NCBI RefSeq assembly: GCF_002105155.1
Contig: NW_019028993.1
Coordinates: 744,001-808,000 of the forward strand
DNA length: 64,000 nucleotides
Reading direction: 5' to 3'
Source: Lobosporangium transversale
Lineage: Eukaryota
Shown here in pieces: positions 27,501 to 40,261 of the stretch. Numbering within the stretch: position 1 is the stretch's first letter; every line of letters begins with the position of its first letter. A program made the position numbers and the translations under genes. The notes beneath the pieces were generated by a model, which searched no databases, was not told where the DNA came from, and saw only the letters and a program-made list of their open reading frames with translations.

Positions 27501-29035
27501 AGATACCATGGTAGGTACAACTACAGGCGATGTCGATGGACTACTATTGACTGTAGGCATAAGAGGTTTGTACGAGGCGAGTGTGGTGGATAATGGAGCA
27601 GAAGTCATACCATTCGGTAGAGACATTGACATGGATGTTATCGGCGCTTGAATTCCCGCCATGACATTTGATCCAGAGCTGAGGATTGGTTGCTGTGATG
27701 TCGTAGAAGGATGGGACACAGAGAGAGCCCCTGGAGTAGGAGCAGAAGACGAATGTATACGTGGTGAAGCCGAGGGAATCGGTGCTTGTCCATCATATCT
27801 TGACGAAGACAAGAAGTCTGGTTTGTTTGGGCGAGGCGGTGGTTTTGGACGTCCCGCCTTCGCTGCAGCGACAAGAGCGTTTGCCTCGACATCCTGAATA
27901 CTTTCATATTTTGCCATTAGTAGGTCTTTAATCTTTTCTGTGTCTGAAAATAATTCCACGATCCGCTAAATGAGTAGTATATGAAAAGTTAATGTTAATA
28001 AAATTCTGAACTTCTTTTTTATTTTTTATTTTTTTTTTTCTTTAAAAAAAAAAAAAACTAAGGCCAAGCTGGATATGTACCTTTTTGATCGCCACGTATT
28101 CTTGATCTGTCTTATACTTTTCAAAGTCTTTGTCATGCGTCACAACCTCAAGAACAATGCTGAAAAAGATAAAAAGTGACATAATTTCAAAAGACCAATT
28201 AGACATGTCACATCAACCATTAAAATGTGGTCTATTCTTACAACTTGCTTTTGCTGCTGTCTAATCCATGTCCTATACAAATAGCAACCGTATTTTTTTG
28301 ATCTCACATATTTTTATACAATGACGTGTTGGGAAAATTAAAATTTGGTATTTGAAGGTAGTCCGTGCTCATATGATATCAATCTCAGACGTTAGCTTTT
28401 TTTTGTTGTTTGTTGCTTGCTGCTTGTTGCATGTTACATGCTTTCTGCTGCTGTCAGTGGTGACATGAGGACGACAATGTGCTGTGCCATGCTGTCATAT
28501 CCCTTACTCATATTAGGCCCTTTTTTTTTTTTTTTTTTTTTTTAAATAATACTCACGTTGAAGCCTTGACATAAAGGACAAATGCTTCTTCCATGTCTCC
28601 TCTGACTCGTGCAAAGTGAGCCTAAAGGTATCAGGGAAGATGGAAATATCACCAGTAGTTAGTTATGTCATTCTTGTCATCATGGAAGTGTGCATTTCAA
28701 GCATGCAGGGGCCACAGCAGCTGATAAAAGCGTGCAATTCTGTGCAGAGAAAGTAAGAGAGGAAACCAAAAAAAAGTTTTTTTTTTTTTTTTTTTGAAAG
28801 GAAATAAGCAACGACCTGTTAAACTGGTGCTTGGTCAATACAGAGGGAAAACAATGTTATCAGGACATACAGAGTTGAGGATTTTTTCAGCGGAGCGAAC
28901 ATATTGCTTGGGCGAAATGCTTGGGTCTCGGTCGACCTTTGCGGCGACTACAAGGTCACGGATCTTCTTTTGGGGCGAGTCCAAGACAGTAGCAGTAGTC
29001 GTAGTGGTGGAGGAGTTAGCAGTTATGGGTAGCAT
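24572..29035 (-). CDS. DOA4: Ubiquitin-specific protease with rhodanese domain (Doa4/USP8 family)
   Basis: GLTNLGNTCFMNS Cys box, QHDSQEF, NHSG..SSGHY His box, rhodanese LLIDVR; last exon SEHGYTLFYVRKK*. Confidence 0.85.
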
Positions 29036-29118
29036 GGAATTACTCTGGAATAGCAAAATAATTATGTTCAGGCACAGTTTCCTTGATAAGTTGAATAGAC
29101 AAAATGAGCGAGAGAGGA

Positions 29119-29151
<33 letters not shown>

Positions 29152-29553
29152 TAATAATTAAGATGAAAGAAACTAAAGTTCAAAGAAGTCAAGGATGATA
29201 GAGCGATTAATGAGGAGGAATGGCGAGGAAATGAGGAAGGAATGGGGAATGACTGAGAGTGAGGTGTGAGAGAGAGAGAGACAGAGAGAAAAGCATGCAA
29301 TAGAGGTACAATGAGACAAATAGAACAGGATGTGTCGGTTCTAAACTTTTTTTTACTCCTTTTTTCTTACTTGGGCTGTGGTAGGTAAGACTGCTTTTAT
29401 TTATCTAACTAATTTTCACTACCTTTCTATCATCTCTGTCACATATCAACAGCAACTTGTTATATTTCCTTGCTTTCATTCTCAACATCCTTACACTGCA
29501 TACAGAGACTAAACTACATCCTAGATTATATAATGGTATCCATAAATAATCCT

Positions 29554-29995
29554 CTAGTGGTGGGTTATCTTCCATGTCTTCACACATGCATCTGCTCCTG
29601 TAGTCACAATTCGGTCTTCCTCCACAAACGCTGTTCCAGAGACACTCAACGCATGCGCGTTCAGGATCGCAATACGCTTCGTCGGGTTCTCTAAGTTCCA
29701 CACATACACATTGGTATCTAAGGATCCACTGACAGCATGTTTACCACTAGGGGACCATCCGATCGAGGTCACACGGGCAGTGTGGAAGACCCACTGCTGC
29801 ACCTTAACCTCACCTGATGCAACGTCGTACACAAAAATCTTGCCAACACTATCACCTGCAGCCAGCAGATTACCCTCAGGGTTGAAAGATAGCACAGTGA
29901 TGGCTCCCCTGTTCTTGGATAGAGTATGAACATCCTTTAACTTTGTGCCTTCCAGGCTCATAATATATACTTGACCTTCCTACTCGATGAAAACA

Positions 29996-30040
<45 letters not shown>

Positions 30041-30067
30041 GTAATATCACTGAGCACTGTGATCATG

Positions 30068-30100
<33 letters not shown>

Positions 30101-32337
30101 AAACAGCTGTACCTGACTACCAATAGCAACAGTGGTTCCCTGTGGGTTAATTGCAATTGACGTGGCACTGTATCCAACTGAATGTGAGTCAACTTTCTTA
30201 TCGCCTTGCACGATCTGGATCTCATTCTCCGTCGCAATGACAATTGTCTGATCGTCACTAATAGACACGCTCTTTGGAAGTGCATTGGTCGAAATAACGG
30301 ATACATCGTTTGATGTGCTTCTGTCCAGCACTCGGACGACATCATCCATGCCTGCTGAAATAAGTTTAACGCCACTAGAAGCCATTTGCATCACCTGATT
30401 GCTATGCTGAGCATACTCTAGAGGCGTGGCGACGCCGGAGCTTCCGTCCCATGAGACCACGCGTCCATCATAACTTCCAGTTACAAATGTCTTCTTGTCC
30501 TCAGGCACAGTAAAGGCCGTGATAGCTTTTTGATGGCCCTAGGTATTAATAATTGAAGTAACAGTTTAGGTAATTGAATGCAGGCTGTGTTAGAAAAACA
30601 AAAAAACAAAAAAAAAAAAAAAAAAAAAAAAAGAGAGAGAGAGTGGTGCACTAACCTTGACAATACGAGATGCCTTGCTGGTACTAGGATCAAGGTAGTT
30701 AAGATCACCTGAAAGAGACAAACTAATCAAATGGTCGCCCTTCCAGATATTTCCGACCTGGTGACCCATGAATGCAGATGCTTGACCAGAAAAGTCAAAC
30801 GTACTAGTCAATTAACACAGATGATACAGAGTTAACGATCCATTTTCTTTCTTTCTTTTTTTTTTTTAACATCAGTCTGGCACAACCTACTTGACAACGT
30901 TGGAAGTCTCTACGTCCCAGATCTTGGCGGTTTGATCAGCTGAGGATGTCAGGAGACGCTTGCTATCGGCAGACCAGGAGAGGGCAAAGATACCTCCAGT
31001 GTGGCCATGCTCCGCAGTCGAAAGCTCCTTGAGCTTATCGCCGGTCTTGGCGTCATATAGAAAGATCTGATACGAGAAAGGAATGATTTTTAGTATAAAA
31101 TGCTAGTTTTAAGGCCCCAATATCGGATAGTAAAGTGTATTGGGATTTAGAACAGACATACGATTCCGCACCTTTCCATCGGATCCGACTGAAGCAAACA
31201 TTTCGCCATCAGTACTGAACTTGACTTCCTGAACAAAGCGCGTATGGTCCTGGATGGTTTTGTTGTACACAAATGGTACGCCGTTGGAGAATACTAAAGT
31301 ATTGTCATCAGCTCCAGTGACAGCGCGGAAAGGACGCGTCTGACGAATAGCGACCGTGTTGGCGGTCTTGGAATGGCCCATGATTTCTCCACATGATGAG
31401 CCAGTGTCAGCTAAGAAAGCGTGCCCGAATCTGTTATAAGAGCGTAATGGGGTAAGATCTCTAGGTATGGCGGCGATACAACAACAATTCTCTAATTTTG
31501 ATTTTGGCTTCTGATAATAAAATGAAGTTATTTATACTTTTCCCTTCCGTCGCCTACAGCGACAATGCGCTTGCTCTCTCCGTCCCATGCGATATCATTG
31601 ACTCTACCCCCAAAGGTCTATAGTCATTATTACAAGCAAATACAAACATAATACGATGTTAATGAGGACATTTTGATATATATATATTAAGAAAAATAAA
31701 AAAATAGAAAAATAAAAAAAAAAACAATAGCAGCAGCAGCAGGAACGTAATTTTTACACGACTCTCTAATTTAAGGATTTGTTCCTCGCCGACAGTATCC
31801 CAGACTCGGACGTTGCCACGTTCATCTAAGAATAAAGAGCAAATCCAGCATGTCAGTTTCATGATCCGAATAGTTTCAGATATTGTACCTTGATATATAT
31901 ATTACCTCCTGAGGCAATATAATATCCAGAAGGAGCATATTTAGCTACGGTAACATTGCAAGAGTGCTGAGTATATTCTTTCGCAATATGAGGTTTCTAT
32001 AACAAATATCAATAGTCACCGAATACAGAGTCAGTGCATGCACGTTAAGAAGCGGAAATTATAGGATTCAAGTCAATTGCATGGGATAGGCGCGTTACCT
32101 CGATATTACGGATGAAAACAGTTTTTCCATTAGTATAAAGGATATTTTCGCCCTTGGGATCAGTGTCTAAATGAACAGCCTGCCCACGAGTGGTTGCAGG
32201 CGAGGCTGCAAAAATGGATTCTAGTGGTGACGAAAAAAAAAAAAAAAAAAATAAGAGAAAGGTTGCTGTGATAACCAAGGTCTATTGTAGACTTACTTTT
32301 CCTTAAAAACAAAAAGCATACCACGAACAGCGGACAT
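29554..32337 (-). CDS. AIP1: Actin-interacting protein 1 (WDR1)
   Basis: [49 protein letters not shown] across multiple exons. Confidence 0.92.
29997..30044. repeat. (TAA)n microsatellite in an AIP1 intron
   Basis: Direct reading of taa repeats. Confidence 0.9.
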
Positions 32338-32668
32338 CGTATCGAAAAATCAATGATAAAATGATAAAATAGGGATTTATGCAAACGATGGAAGAGATGA
32401 ATGGAGCAATGAGATAAATAAAAGTGGCAAAGGTCCACTCTACTCACGAAACACGAGTGTCCTAATGTTCACCCCCACTGCGGCTTGGGCTTTCTGAAGT
32501 CTTATTTCCCAGAAATAGTTCTTCCAATAATAATGGACTATGTTGTTATTTCCATTCAAAATTCCAGGATACTAAAAAATAATAGTGAAGAGAACACCGT
32601 CGCGAAGCTAAATGCAGAAATATAGTCACTTCAAATTCATGCGTCATCGCTCCGTCTCCACCATTACC

Positions 32669-33746
32669 ATGGTTGTTGCAACAAGAGCTGGCTTCATAAC
32701 TGAAACTGACGAACAGGAAGAACTTATGGAACAGGGAAATCAATATGAATATCAGGAAGCAGAAGAGCCAGATGGCTTACGCATGACTCGACTACGTGAG
32801 GTCCTTGAGAAATCTCTACAGGAAACCCTAAAGGCCTGCAATCTTAATGCCATCTGTGAATGCTTCCCTCTAGCAGCAGAGAAAAATCAAGATGCTTTAC
32901 GTGATGCACACGAGAAAATCTGTCAGTTCCTGAGCATAGAAGTTAATGTAAAGAGGCAAAAAAAAAAGATCCAGAATCACATTAAGGCTCTCAGTTGTCA
33001 AGCTCGACTCACTCACTCTTTTGTCTCTATGGATATAAAACACGCAGAATGAGTTCGAGCAGATTATTGAGGAGCGGAATGTCGCTTTCAAGCTAAACGG
33101 CCTTGATCGACTTATTGCAGACGCCAAGAGCAAAGGCATTACGGCAGGGTCGCGCACGCTACCGGATTTGTATGTCCTCTATTTTTATCCGCATTTGGGA
33201 TAGAACCATGGCACCTGTAATAGACGAACCTTAACAGTAGTGTCATTTTTAATCCTCGTTCCTAATAGGTCTCCAGAAATGGCTGTCCGAGCTCGTACCG
33301 CACCGACAAAAGAAGCTGAGATTGAGCGACTGAAGGCATTACTGGAAATGGTAAAAAAAGTGAAAAAAAAAAAATCAACGTCATTACTTGATTAGAAAAC
33401 TAAAAGCAACGTCCTGGACCATTCCCATTGCCACTCTTATAGACTCAACTTGATAACCGACGACTTGGCAATGCCCTGAACCGTTCGAGTGCGGAGCAGA
33501 GAGTTATTAAGGATGAAGTGTCGGAAGCATTTTATGAGCTTCAAGAGGTAAATCGCTTTTGCATCTCATGATATTTTCTTCCTTTCTAATTTTTGCTCTA
33601 GTAGTATGTTGCGCTTTCTTCTAACCATTTTTTCATGCCCTCCTCCCATGTTTTGTGCATAGAGCACAAATATTGCAGCTCGTATGCCCAAAGAAAAAAT
33701 GAATATGCTATTGTGCATGATAATTGATCAAATTCGAGATCCTTGA
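32669..33746 (+). CDS. NNF1: Kinetochore MIND/Mis12 complex subunit Nnf1/PMF1
   Basis: R..RL...L...L, CFP, EFEQIIEERNVAFKLNGLDRLI pattern; C-terminal coiled coil; 5 exons. Confidence 0.8.
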
Positions 33747-34519
33747 TGATTGGATGCTGGCCATCCAGACTTGCGCTCTTACATCTTTACTTTACATCAT
33801 AATATCCCATAGTATTCCATAATTCCAGCTTCAATATATCGTAGTAGTCTTGTCACTTAGTTTAGTCAAGCAGAGATTAAATGACCTTATTGTTCTTTTA
33901 TCGGTTAACGGGAAGGAAGAAAACATGACTGAATATCTTTGCAATCAGGCAAGGCAAGCAAACATGGATAGCGTCTGTATCAATCTTTTTTTTTTTTTTT
34001 TTTTTTTTTTGTAAAGTTAATGGTGAATCCTATCCAAAAAATCGAATGGAACTCCTCCCTGAAATTTCTCTCAGCCTATTTCACATCATGCCCGGTAATA
34101 ATATTTTTTACTATTTCAGTAATAAGTGACAATGGTGACAAGGGGGTCAAAAAATCATACGGCTTGCAACCGATAGATTGTTCAGAATCCCTCTCTACAC
34201 TGGGTGGACGAAGCATCAGCATCGTTAAAATTATTTTGTATAATACATCCTTAACAGTGGTGGCAAAAAATACGTACAATGACTTCTAAAAATAAACGTA
34301 CATATTCGAAAATATTCAAAGCACGTCACACCCAAATTTGTGGTGTAGCACAATCTTGGCCCAAAAACAAAGGGATCAGCTGATTTGTTACTTTTTATAG
34401 TCAATTTGTTCAGGTGCTTGAACACCCCTTTCTGTCATTGTACGGATTACATTCCTCAGTCCTGCTATTGAGTCTTGCATATCCTACAATGTGCACTTAC
34501 TTTTCTACCTATTATACCT

Positions 34520-34594
34520 CAAGACATTAGGGCCTGCCAGGAGTAAAAGTAGAGCTGGTCGGCCACGGAAGTTCGATTACCGGAATGCATATTA
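34520..34594 (+). mobile_element. Fragment of a Tc1-B transposase copy, cut at a TA by Tc1-A
   Basis: Near-identical to the reverse complement of ~39736-39810. Confidence 0.8.
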
Positions 34595-35487
34595 CAGTGG
34601 TCATCAAAAGTCATTCAATGATTTTGAATTTTTAACATTCTCATTCCTTTTCTTCATTCTCATCTAGCATGTGGCTAGTATATTTGGGGTAGTGCATTTG
34701 TTCCCCAGACCTCATGATTACTTTCATGTCTCATCCCTAATTATGACTTCATTGTGAAATAAGACCAATTTCAATTTGACCTGCCTATTGAATGACTTCT
34801 GCTGAATTTCAATGTTGATTGCAAAAAAAACTTTTTCACTTCTCTTTTTTCTACCAAGGTTACCTTCAGCTATATCTTCATACACCTCTACTTACAATTA
34901 ACATTCCACATCGCTTAGTATTTATTATGAGGAGGCTTTTTATGGAAAAGGTACAAAATGCTCAGGCCTTACTTCGACAAGGGAAGTCTACAAGCGAAGT
35001 GGCAAGGCAACTTGGTATCTCTATTTCATCGGCAATAAGGATCAGGAGTGACGTCAAGGACAATATTCCTAAACCCAGAATGGGCAGACCCTCATTGGTT
35101 TCCCCTGCTACCAAGAGGGTTATTGCACGCGAGGTTGATACGGGGAAACTTAGATCCATTCTGGCAGTTCAAGAATACATCAGATCGAGCCATGGAGTGC
35201 ATGTCAGTGTAGAGACTGCCCGACGCTATGTAAAATCAGAGGGTTTGAAAAACTATGTCCGCCCATTCAAGCCTAGGCTGACAAAAATGCAGATTGCGAA
35301 AAGGAAGAATTTTGCCCTCAACCACCTTGACTGGACTGTTGATGACTGGAAGCGAGTGATGTTCTCGGACGAAAAGCTTTTTGAAAGGCTTGGGTCCTTA
35401 GGAGGAAGAACACAATATAGGCGACCCGGCCACAGGACTTTAGAAGGTCGAGATGTTAGAGAGAGATCAAGGGGAGCACATAACAAA
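34595..35487 (+). mobile_element. Tc1-A, 5' part only (truncated by Gy1)
   Basis: TA|CAGTGGTCATCAAAAGTCATTCAATG terminus; near-identical to the copy at 59872-61475. Confidence 0.9.
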
Positions 35488-35576
35488 TGTGACAGTATAT
35501 AGCCTTAAGCCTATAAAAAGGCTTGTTTTAATAATTATAATAAAATCATCTTTTGTCCCTCTTAATTATTACATGG

Positions 35577-35674
35577 CAGTGCTCCTATTCGGTTTAAAAT
35601 TTTGTCAATTATGATGTTTCAGATTAAAAAAATAAATATCACTTGACAAAATTTTAAACCGAATAGGAGCACTG
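35577..35674. mobile_element. hAT-type MITE (short form)
   Basis: TIR CAGTGCTCCTATTCGGTTTAAAATTTTGTCAA; same family as 59175-59275. Confidence 0.85.
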
Positions 35675-36036
35675 TAATAATTAAATAATACATGGTAGCA
35701 AAGCTACTCTGATCCCCGACCTTCATCCCTGTCCCTGCCCCCCTGCCCCTGGTTTCCCCGTCCCCTACCCCCTGCCCCTGGTTTCCCTGTCCCCCTGTCC
35801 CCTGCCGTACCACCCTATCCCCTCGATTTTACTTTCAACCTGCTCTCTGTGGAAGATTTAGCCCTAATCCTTGATTCCATGACGCTCACTACCGACAACC
35901 CTGTGATGACCCCCGCTTTCAAGTACCCCCAACCCGACAAGTTCGAGGGAAAGCGCGATGGCTTCTCAGCCAACACCTGGTTGCGCTCTATGCGTCGTTT
36001 CTTCGTTGGTGCCTCTGTTCCTGCTTCGGCACAGAC

Positions 36037-36539
36037 TGTCAGAGAAAGCTAATCTCTGAGTTCTCATCTTCTAGAAATTCCATCTATCCAATGTGCAAGT
36101 CATGTAAACAATGGTCACTCACCTGGACCGATAACGGAGATTGGGAAATAGATGACATCATTACGCCAAGAGTCTACGCCGAACCTAAATGTAATCGAGT
36201 GTCCAACGCAAACAAACAAATGCTGCGCAATCCGCAGCAAGACCAGATGACTCATCCGCATGACCCTAACTTGACCAATGATATTCCAGAAGACAAGCGC
36301 GAAGAGAGTACCCTATCAGATGTCAAGACTCCGATTAGTAATCAATCATCAAACGAGGATGACTCTGTCACCTCAACCAAAACATATAAATAGTCTAGTA
36401 GTACCATGTCAAATCAGCAGCAATAAACACCTTATCTTTACTATACTTGCTTCCTCCATCCTTGCCCACGTACCTCTCTTGATCCCTTGCACACCAACTG
36501 GTTAGTTACCTAGTCTTCCTCTAGTCTGGCTTTATTACA
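36037..36539 (+). mobile_element. Solo LTR (503 bp) inserted in Gy1 gag
   Basis: TG...CA ends, perfect 5-bp TSD CAGAC, TATAAATA and AATAAA; the gag frame resumes after removal. Confidence 0.9.
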
Positions 36540-36822
36540 CAGACGGTTGTAGCCATAGCCTTCCTCGGGCCTGACGCGGCCCGATGGTTTAACGGCGCAG
36601 GCATCTCTGACGATGCATCGTTCGACACCTTTGAAAAAGGGTTCCGGGATGCGTTCGTCCCCAATGATTTCTCTCAACTCATCCGATTTCGCCTGTCCTC
36701 CCTTAAGATGAGTATTACTGTCACCGATTACGTTGCCGAAGCCCGCGAACTCCTCACGGCACTCTTAGCTGATGAGCCTTCGGCAGGAGGACGCAAAGCA
36801 ATCGAAGACTTCGCTTTCATCT

Positions 36823-38645
36823 TGCAAAAGTCAAGGTAGTGTTCTAGGGGGATCTAAGGGTGCAATAAAGGTATCTTTATTCAGGGGGAACTATGCTACA
36901 GAACTAGATAGAAAAGTAGACCTATTTATACTAGTTAATGTCCTGTTGCAAGGAATGCTCTAGAAATATGGGCGAAATACTATGTTGCACAAAATTATTA
37001 TAGTGATTTCGCTTGCATCCTTCCCGTCATGAAGAAACCTATTATCTTGTTTTTCTTGAAGCCTCAAAGACGGCAAGCGCCTCTTTAGCGTTTGCGAGCG
37101 AAGATTTTGTTTCCCAAGTAGCTTCATCTAATGGATAGCCTTTCCAAAGAACGAGCCACTTAGGAGTTTTGCCAAACATTTTGAAGTCAATGATTTTGTC
37201 GACTTCATACTCCTCTTCTCCATCTACAAGCTCGGGGGCAGGGCGTGGTGGTGAGCGGTCGCCGAATTCACGAGGTGACTCAATATAGGGGCGAAGCAGA
37301 TCGGCATTAAAGACTGGATGTTGATGCATGTCAGGCGGTAGTTCCAGCTTGTAGGCATTTTCATTGACCTTCGAAATGATCTTGTAAGGGCCTATGTACT
37401 CAGGTTCCAGTTTCTGCGACGGCCTATTTTTATGTCCCGCGACAGAGATGTTTTCCGAGCTTAAGAGCACCATGTCACCCACAGCAAACGTAGCAGGCCT
37501 GCGAGTTTTATCCGCTTGGGCCTTTTGCCTATTCTGCGCTTCGATGATGGCATCTTGAGCTAGCGCCAAATTCATCGACTGGGTTCGAACAAAATCACTG
37601 ACAGCCGGAACATTGGTATCAGGTGGCTTTAAAAGAGATCCAGGGACTAGTGGATGGTGACCATAGTTCAGAAAGAATGGGGAGAAGCCTGTCGTAGGGT
37701 TGACAGAGTTTTGTATGCGAACTCCATCATAGGCAGTAAAAGATCCCAGTCGTTTTGCTTGTACGATATGTAAGAGCGGAGCATTTCTTCTAATGTTCTG
37801 TTGGCGCGCTCTGTTTGTCCGTCTGATTGTGGATGGAAGGCAGTAGACATGTTAAGTTTAGTGCCCATGAGCTACATCAACGTTGTCCAGAACTTGCCGG
37901 TGAAACGTGAATCTCTGTCTGACACAATTGTCCGAGGCATGCCGTGCAGTCTAAAAACATTGTCGAAAAAGAGTCGTGCAACATCAGAGGCAGTGTCGGT
38001 AGTTCGGCTAGCGCAGAAATGAACTTGCTTGGACAGTTTGTCCACAAAGACCGTGATCGCGTCAAAACCTCTGGCTGTCTTCGGAAGCTTGACAATGAAG
38101 TCCATTGTTACAGTATCCCTCGCCATGCGTGGCCAAAAATATGTTCGTCGCATGCTACTGTACGTTTTATCGAATCCCAAGTGGCCTGATATAGGAGCGT
38201 CGTGAGCGTCATGCAAGAGTTGTGAACGGAGTCCGTCGTCCTTGGGTATACAGAGGCGAGGGCCTTGTCCAGCGTTGATCCAGAGTAGACCATCCACCAC
38301 GAAGTAACGATCCGAGGTGGAGGCATCCTTATACTGATGCACGAGGGGACCTAGAATTGGATCGTGTAGGTAGCAACTGGCTAGTTGTTTTCGAATGCCA
38401 GGGTCTAGATTGATATCCAAGGAGTTCAAAGTAGTAGGTGTAGCCTCCAAGTCCTTGAGGTCCGGTCTTCGTGAAAGAGCATCAGGGACGACGTTATCTT
38501 TACCAGGTTTATACTTGAATACGAAATCATACTCTTGAAGCAACTCCATCCATCTTGCTTGTCTGCGAGTCAAGTTCGGCTGGCTAGGAAAATGTTGTAG
38601 AGTGGCATGGTCGGTATAAACGACAAAGTGAGAACCGTCAAGGTA
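36823..38645 (-). mobile_element. Gy4: decayed chromovirus 3' half (RNaseH-integrase-chromodomain, PPT, 195-bp 3' LTR at 36823-37017)
   Basis: Homologous to the pol at 53351-57103; premature stop at 37872; internal integrase deletion; PPT GACGGGAAGGA. Confidence 0.9.
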
Positions 38646-40261
38646 CAGTGGCTTCCAATATTGTCCAAGTGTTTCATTCTTCCAAAGGAAGACTATAAGT
38701 GTTCAACAGTGAGCAGCGCTTGTGCCCTTGGATCCTAGCTGGGAGCAACCTGGAAGACATACATTATTTGCTCAAAACCTATTAGCGCTCCTGCTTGTTT
38801 CTGATAGCTTTTCACTACTTTGAAATTTTCCTCTCATTTGGACAATTTTTTAACCATCGTTTTTTTTCACCTATCAAAACCTCGTATTGCCCCTTTCGCC
38901 CTTATGACTGCTAACATCCGCTCAGGCATACTTCTTATCAGATTGCGGCAGACCTCCTTCGGTGTCTCCTCCTCCCATATCTGGCTCACTCTTTCCCAGA
39001 GTTCCAGCATGCCTTCTGGAATGGTCCCATGTTCGCGAATTTTTTTTTTTTAAATGATCCCACAAATGCTCAATAGGGTTTAGGTCTGGTGAATTGGCAG
39101 GCCATGTCAGTATTCTACCTGACGCTCTTGTCAATCCAATAGAGGCAAGGTAGGTTGTGACTCTCTTAGCCGTATGCTTAGAATCATTGTCTTGTTGGAA
39201 GATAAATTGCTCTGGATCAATGTTGTACCAATCCACAGTATTCAATAACTCGTCCTGGAGGATACGAATATACAGCTCGGAGTCCGGCGTGGAGTCGATC
39301 TTGGCCAAGTAGCCTGGCCCATCCCACGTCATGCAGCCCCAAACCATGATCGAACCACCACCATGTTTGACTGTGGGCGAAACTAACTTTGGGTCAATAT
39401 CGGCCGCCTTCACCTTTGGTTCTTTATTTGTTTCCACCCAAACATAGCGCATGCCATCAGAAGATATCCTACAAATTTTGGACTCATCGGACCAAATTAC
39501 TCGCTTCCAATCAGCTTCAGTCCAGTCTTTGTGCTGGAGAGCAAAGTCCAGTCGAGCTTTCTTTTGACGTTTTGTTAACCTAGGCTTCTTGACGGCTTTT
39601 TTAGTTTCCATGCCTATATCTCTCAGCGCCCGACGCACCGTATTAGCTGACACCGGATCTTCGTTCTCATCGTTATAGAGTCTGGTAGCATCGACAGCTG
39701 ATGAGACTACACCACGGTGAAGCAACAATCGAATATAATATGCATTCCGGTAATCGAACTTCCGTGGCCGACCAGCTTTGCTTTTACTCCTGGCAGGCCC
39801 TAATGTCTTGGAGATATTATGGACTGAGGACTTGGATATGCCTACTTCTGTGGCAACCTGACGGATGGACTTGTGCTGCTCGAGTAAATGGAGAGCATCC
39901 TCAACAACGGAAGCTTTGATTGGCTTCATCTTTGGAGTGTTTAGAAAGAGCAACGTAGGCTCCTAGAAGAGTGTAGGTGAAGAGTATCTACTCAAGTGTG
40001 TGGGAGATAATTTGAAAAAAATTCAGCAAAGGTGCGTAAAATAAGTGATGGTTATATAATTGTCCAAATGAGATTAAATACTTTTGTCAATGAAAAACCA
40101 TGGTGAATGAGACTAGAGATATTTTAAACTGAACCAGTCCACGTATCATTGGCATACTTGTTTACTCTGATAAAAATAAAAGTGCAAGCAACCATCGCTA
40201 TTATTCTAATCAAGACGGAAAACATGAGCGTGGAACATTTGGACAAATTTGGAAGCCACTG
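38646..40261 (-). mobile_element. Tc1-B transposon; transposase 39929-38874 with a +1 frameshift in an A12 run
   Basis: TIR CAGTGGCTTCCAA..TTGTCCAA, TA flanks; WSDESK, FQQDND and SPDLNPIE motifs. Confidence 0.92.

Larger units (their letters stand above)
35488..36822 (+). mobile_element. Gy1: Gypsy remnant (short 5' LTR 35488-35573, PBS 35693-35703, gag fragment)
   Basis: TG..CA LTR-like segment, PBS TGGTAGCAAAG, gag-like PDKFEG...ARWF reading split by a solo LTR. Confidence 0.75.

Noticed and set aside
32669..33746. NNF1 next to the TE island as evidence for a centromere
   Set aside because: The location of a kinetochore gene carries no information about centromere position
1..34000. Many short antisense and overlapping ORFs with poly-F/poly-K
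   Set aside because: Translations of intronic poly-T/poly-A tracts or shadows of real genes
33990..34440. Short ORFs and possible degenerate element at the island edge
   Set aside because: No recognisable motif, TIR pair or TSD
36091..36505. ORFs inside the 503-bp solo LTR
   Set aside because: No motifs; they lie within LTR U3/R and are probably incidental
39040..39051. Possible programmed frameshift in the Tc1-B transposase
   Set aside because: One extra base in a 12-nt homopolymer is more simply slippage or a sequencing error
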